From positions 1 to 64,000 of IMG/VR virus record IMGVR_UViG_3300021378_000014: a stretch of DNA of 64,000 nt. One strand, written 5' to 3'. Origin of the DNA: a virus. Below, piece after piece: positions 60,099-64,000 of the stretch. The position numbers were made by a program, and so were the translations under genes. How positions within the stretch are numbered: position 1 is the first letter of the stretch; each line of letters starts with the position of its first letter. The notes below the pieces were generated by a model. That model had not been told where the DNA came from. It was given only the letters and a program-made list of their open reading frames with translations, and made no database searches.

Positions 60099-61685
60099 AT
60101 GAAATATCGTTTCAAAATATATGAGGTTAGTAAAGACGGGGGGACTGGCCTAGTATGTGGACAGGCCCCCTTTCTTATTACTAATTTCTCAACATTAACT
60201 ATAGCACTAGCTGTTAATGGTACTGAAATACATAATGGTGTATTTGCAGTAGGAGGTGCAAATCCTTCTGTAGTTGTTACAACTACTATAGTTGGGAGTA
60301 TTACAGTTACTTTAACTGTTCAAGATACTGGTCAATTATTAATAGAAATTCCATCTACTCAATACGATTTACCTAATAATCTTTATATTAAAGTTGCTAA
60401 AGTTGGAGGTAGTGCTAATACGTACGAAAACAATTTAATTGTATACGGATATGATTTAGGTAATGATGCAACAGTAACAAATGATTTAGGTTTACCTGTT
60501 ACTAATAATCCAGATATGGATATTGTACTTGTAGACGAAACAGCAACTGATACATTTACTAAATTTGTAGGTTATAATATACCATTAACAAGTAATGTAG
60601 CTTTAGTAGAACTTGCAAGTGGTGATGGGCTTACTACTTATCATAAAGCATTAACAGCAGAAGTTGTCGGTACTGGTTTAGTTACAACTGCAAGTATTCA
60701 AAATTTAGATTATTATTCTAAAAGCTATCGTGCTGATAGTAATGTCAGTTGTGTTTCTAACAATTTACCATTACGTTTGTGGAATTATTGTCCTCATATT
60801 AATATGAGCATTATTAATGGTAGATATGATGAAGTGATGGTTCTTTCTAGAGTAACTGGGCCTGCTTTACGCACTTCTTTAGATTTTATGGATATAGCAC
60901 GACTTAGTATTGATGATGTAGTTACAGTTCCTTTTATCTCTCCACGTATTGTTTACACATTACGTAATAGATTAGGAGAAGTTGTAACTGCTACTACGTT
61001 TGCTTTAAACTTTAGTACAATTTTTACAGCTGGTTCTGATAATACATTTTACGATTGGTTGTTACCTACTCTTGATATTACTCAGAATTATACAATAACA
61101 GCTGAAATTATTAGTGATTGTCAATTCAATTGTGTTTCTACTCTTACAATTCCTTTTTGTTATACTGAAGATATTACTCACGTAGAGTGTAATAGTTACG
61201 TACTTACAAACAATATTCCAGTAACGGTTACAGTTAGTATAAACAAATGGAATGGTACAACGTTTGTTGAAGATGCAAATTATATTTTAGTAGCAGATAG
61301 TAGTAGAGCTATTGAATTAACTGATGGTGTTTATCAAATTAGATTTACACGAGGTGAAGAATTTTACAATAGAATAGTATTAGCTGATTGTGGTATTCGT
61401 ACCTGCATCATGACTCTTATTCAAGATTTTGTATGTAAAGTTGCTACTATTGATTGTGATTGTGAAAGCACTTGCTCTTGTACTAATGTTCAATATGTAA
61501 ATGATAAAGATCTGTTTGATGTTAATATGATTAATATTCAGTATATTCAATATTTGAATTTAGTTAATCATCTTCTTAATCTTAATCCTATCTTTACTAC
61601 ACTTAATAACGAAACTGAAGCTGCTATTATTCAAATTGATAAACTAATACAAGCTTTTAGCGTGTATTGTGAAACTTGTAAATAA
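60099..61685 (+). CDS. Putative virion protein, beta-rich with Cys-rich C-terminus
   Basis: 528 aa; CDCESTCSC and terminal CETCK. Confidence 0.65.
   Translation: MKYRFKIYEVSKDGGTGLVCGQAPFLITNFSTLTIALAVNGTEIHNGVFAVGGANPSVVVTTTIVGSITVTLTVQDTGQLLIEIPSTQYDLPNNLYIKVAKVGGSANTYENNLIVYGYDLGNDATVTNDLGLPVTNNPDMDIVLVDETATDTFTKFVGYNIPLTSNVALVELASGDGLTTYHKALTAEVVGTGLVTTASIQNLDYYSKSYRADSNVSCVSNNLPLRLWNYCPHINMSIINGRYDEVMVLSRVTGPALRTSLDFMDIARLSIDDVVTVPFISPRIVYTLRNRLGEVVTATTFALNFSTIFTAGSDNTFYDWLLPTLDITQNYTITAEIISDCQFNCVSTLTIPFCYTEDITHVECNSYVLTNNIPVTVTVSINKWNGTTFVEDANYILVADSSRAIELTDGVYQIRFTRGEEFYNRIVLADCGIRTCIMTLIQDFVCKVATIDCDCESTCSCTNVQYVNDKDLFDVNMINIQYIQYLNLVNHLLNLNPIFTTLNNETEAAIIQIDKLIQAFSVYCETCK
60139..60176 (+). 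terminator. Intragenic terminator/attenuator
   Basis: GGGGGACTGGCC...GGACAGGCCCCC-TTTCTT, 40 nt into the 528-aa gene. Confidence 0.6.
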
Positions 61686-62047
61686 TGATAATAGGAGAAG
61701 TAGCTACTGCTAATATCGCTTTAAACACGATTTTTGTTAAATACAAGAGTCGTGTTTTTGCTATGTTAGCTAAAGTAGAAAAAGAACTTTGTGAAGTAGG
61801 AAAAACTAAAGCTCATGTAGATATAGCTATTTATAATTCTGCTTTAGTTTATCTTACTTTAATATATACAGATGTTAATACTAATACACTAAGTGTTCGA
61901 GATACTACTTATTTCCAGTGTAAGTACAACTGGACTGCGATGGTAGCTTGGTATAAGTGTTTAGGTATTAACATAGAAGAAATGGCTAATTTAATTAATT
62001 TATTTACAAAACAAAGTGGTATTGAATATACTGAACTTTGCGCATAA
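61685..62047 (+). CDS. Hypothetical virion-block protein
   Basis: TAATG coupling to the upstream gene. Confidence 0.65.
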   Translation: MIIGEVATANIALNTIFVKYKSRVFAMLAKVEKELCEVGKTKAHVDIAIYNSALVYLTLIYTDVNTNTLSVRDTTYFQCKYNWTAMVAWYKCLGINIEEMANLINLFTKQSGIEYTELCA

Positions 62048-62056
62048 TCTAAACCT

Positions 62057-63193
62057 ATGTCTAATTTTGGAACAACTAGCTTTACTGTAACTCCTGCAAC
62101 AGGTTCTTGTAGAGAAGCTCTTATTGCGCAAATTACAGATGCTTTAGGAGGAGAAATTACAAATGAAAGCTTACATAACATTCTTATCAGTTTAATTGAA
62201 TGTTTAAATAATACAAGCACCGGAACTGGTGATAGTGATGGAGTAATTACAGGAATTACAATTTCAGGTAATCTTGTAACAGTAACTCGGAGTGCTGGCT
62301 TAGGTACAATTACAGCAGCTGTTGATATCAGTGGTAATAGTACAATTGTAACAATCAATGGTAATGTTACTGCTTTAGATACTCGTATAACTACAAATGA
62401 AGGAGATATAGCAGCTATTACTGCTGCTCTTACACCGTTACTTGATAGCGTCGTCGTAGATCCCTCTCTACTGGGAAATGGTACTGTTGGTAATGAACTT
62501 AGTGTTAAACTAGGAGCAGAAGCTGATAATATTGTTGTACGCGGTGCAAATGGTGGATTATATGTACCGCCTCCTGGTTTATCTGTTAATGTTGTAGAAT
62601 ATCTAGCAGATAATCTAGCTCGTTTAGCTCTTGTATCTCCACTTCAAGAAGTTATTTATACTGTACTTGATAGTGATGGTAATGGATTACGAGAATCTTA
62701 TACTTGGAATGGTACAGATTGGATTTTACTACGTGGGCCTGTTGTAAGTGCTCCTGGTAATATGTTAATTTATACTGATGGTAATATGCTTACTAAAGCA
62801 GACGGACTTGGTATTAATTATGTATTAGCCGGCAATGTGGCTACTGTTATTATTCCTAATGGCGTAATGCCTGATCGTATTCGTATTAATGAAAGCTACG
62901 CTAGTATTGGCAATAGTGAAACGTTTTATGTAAAGATTGTTGATAATGGCGGAGTTGTTAATGAAAGTCTTGCTACATTTTATCCTTTTGATGCTACAGT
63001 AATAGAGCGTGATTTACTGAGTGGAACTTTACCAGATAATAGTGGTTCTACATTTAGATACGAATCTGGTAATGTAGCTCTTAATAGTAGAGCTAGTAAG
63101 GATATTGTTGAAATTAATACTATTAGTAATTATATTTTGTACCGATTTACGAATTTAGGTACAGATACAAAATGGTCTATTTTGCTCACCTAA
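62057..63193 (+). CDS. Tail fibre/spike-like protein
   Basis: G/T/V-rich; coiled LDTRITTNEGDI; SLLGNGTVGNELSV and DN...GANGGLYV fibre-like motifs. Confidence 0.65.
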   Translation: MSNFGTTSFTVTPATGSCREALIAQITDALGGEITNESLHNILISLIECLNNTSTGTGDSDGVITGITISGNLVTVTRSAGLGTITAAVDISGNSTIVTINGNVTALDTRITTNEGDIAAITAALTPLLDSVVVDPSLLGNGTVGNELSVKLGAEADNIVVRGANGGLYVPPPGLSVNVVEYLADNLARLALVSPLQEVIYTVLDSDGNGLRESYTWNGTDWILLRGPVVSAPGNMLIYTDGNMLTKADGLGINYVLAGNVATVIIPNGVMPDRIRINESYASIGNSETFYVKIVDNGGVVNESLATFYPFDATVIERDLLSGTLPDNSGSTFRYESGNVALNSRASKDIVEINTISNYILYRFTNLGTDTKWSILLT

Positions 63194-63233
63194 GCCGTTT
63201 ACAGCGGATTTGCTAACACTTAAAAATTATACT

Positions 63234-64000
63234 ATGTTACGATATTGCTTGCTCTTTTTTATGGCTTTATATGGGCTACAAACAAGCGCACAAACAACAA
63301 CGATTGAAACTTTTAATGGTTATGGTATTATTGGATTACTTGATAGTACAACTGTTAATGGTGGAGATTATACTGTTACTATTCCTTTTCGAAATGATAG
63401 TGGTAAATATTCAGCAGATTCTGTTTCTGTTGGAGATTTTATATGGGATACTAAATGTGATCGTTATATGATTGTTCATATTAATGATACATCTCCTTTT
63501 TTAGAAGCAGAAGTTACTATACAAAATAGTAACGGATCGCCACCGGCCGTTGGTGGTGGAAATGCTTTGATTTATCGACCTACTCCTAACTATGGCTATA
63601 TGCCTAGTTTAAGTAAACTTAATAATACGCTACGAGATTGTATTGATAATTATCGTATGAATGAATTAGATACTGATATTTACACAGCAAGTCAAAGTGG
63701 CGGCGGTGGTGTTGATAGTTTTGATTTTAATAGACCGATACTTCGTTTACCTTTAGTTGGTACTACTGTTGGTGTACAAACTATTGAAGAATATTTTGAA
63801 TGGCAGTTTTTTACGGCTCCTACACTAGCTTTAACGTTAGCTCCAACTACTACTGTTTATGAAGTAGGAGATACAGCAACTATTAATTTAATTACTAATG
63901 TTATTAATCCAGCCTCTGCTGTTCTTACGCTTGGGGTGTTACTTAAAACTGTTGGAGGTACAGTAGATACAATTACTAATATTGGAACAACAGCTGGCAA
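63234..64000 (+). CDS. 3'-truncated protein with Sec signal peptide (absent from the ORF track)
   Basis: MLRYCLLFFMALYGLQTSA|QTTTIETF...; frame open to the window end. Confidence 0.75.
   Translation, partial: MLRYCLLFFMALYGLQTSAQTTTIETFNGYGIIGLLDSTTVNGGDYTVTIPFRNDSGKYSADSVSVGDFIWDTKCDRYMIVHINDTSPFLEAEVTIQNSNGSPPAVGGGNALIYRPTPNYGYMPSLSKLNNTLRDCIDNYRMNELDTDIYTASQSGGGGVDSFDFNRPILRLPLVGTTVGVQTIEEYFEWQFFTAPTLALTLAPTTTVYEVGDTATINLITNVINPASAVLTLGVLLKTVGGTVDTITNIGTTAG

Noticed and set aside
63271-63471. 66-aa ORF, and similar same-strand alternate-frame ORFs (10402, 27900, 44849, 50357, 56355)
   Set aside because: They lie inside longer genes in another frame; the 63234 frame is the plausible gene.
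1-64000. Stop-codon reassignment (TAG/TGA), as in some crAss-like phages
   Set aside because: Long genes are intact in code 11, TAG and TGA end genes at sensible places, and no suppressor tRNA is seen.
59085-64000. Diversity-generating retroelement or invertase cassette in the tail genes
   Set aside because: No reverse transcriptase, recombinase or TR/VR pair is visible in this window.

Overview
About 64 kb of an AT-rich crAss-like (Crassvirales) phage genome, read in the standard genetic code. The host is probably Bacteroidota, inferred from TAnnTTTG promoter boxes and Q-rule signal peptides. Layout: (i) 1-15.2 kb, + strand: end of the late/virion block, with a giant 5'-truncated virion RNA polymerase (DFDVD, HEAFH zincin) and a second large injected-type protein (HEFGH). 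(ii) 15.4-40 kb, - strand: replication/metabolism block (MazG-like, dNMP kinase, Gp157-like, ligase, RusA-like, primase, SSB/SSAP candidates, DnaB, SF2 and SF1 helicases, PolA, RepL-like) with two secreted muralytic enzymes and a spanin candidate interspersed. (iii) 40-45.7 kb, - strand: small early-type genes, tRNA-Leu(UAA) and an unusual 169-nt tRNA-like RNA. (iv) 45.7-46.5 kb: divergent non-coding region, probably the genome-end junction or origin. (v) 46.5-64 kb, + strand: IHF-like, nuclease, terminase, portal, major capsid and further virion genes. The main unexplained signals are: 19 dispersed copies of an ~20-bp site (core TWTTACTGGGARAG) on both strands and in several reading frames; seven ~130-200-bp patches with ~10-11-bp GC periodicity that resemble strong gyrase sites; and the tRNA-like RNA with a 100-nt structured insert. 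All calls come from reading motifs by eye; no searches were run.
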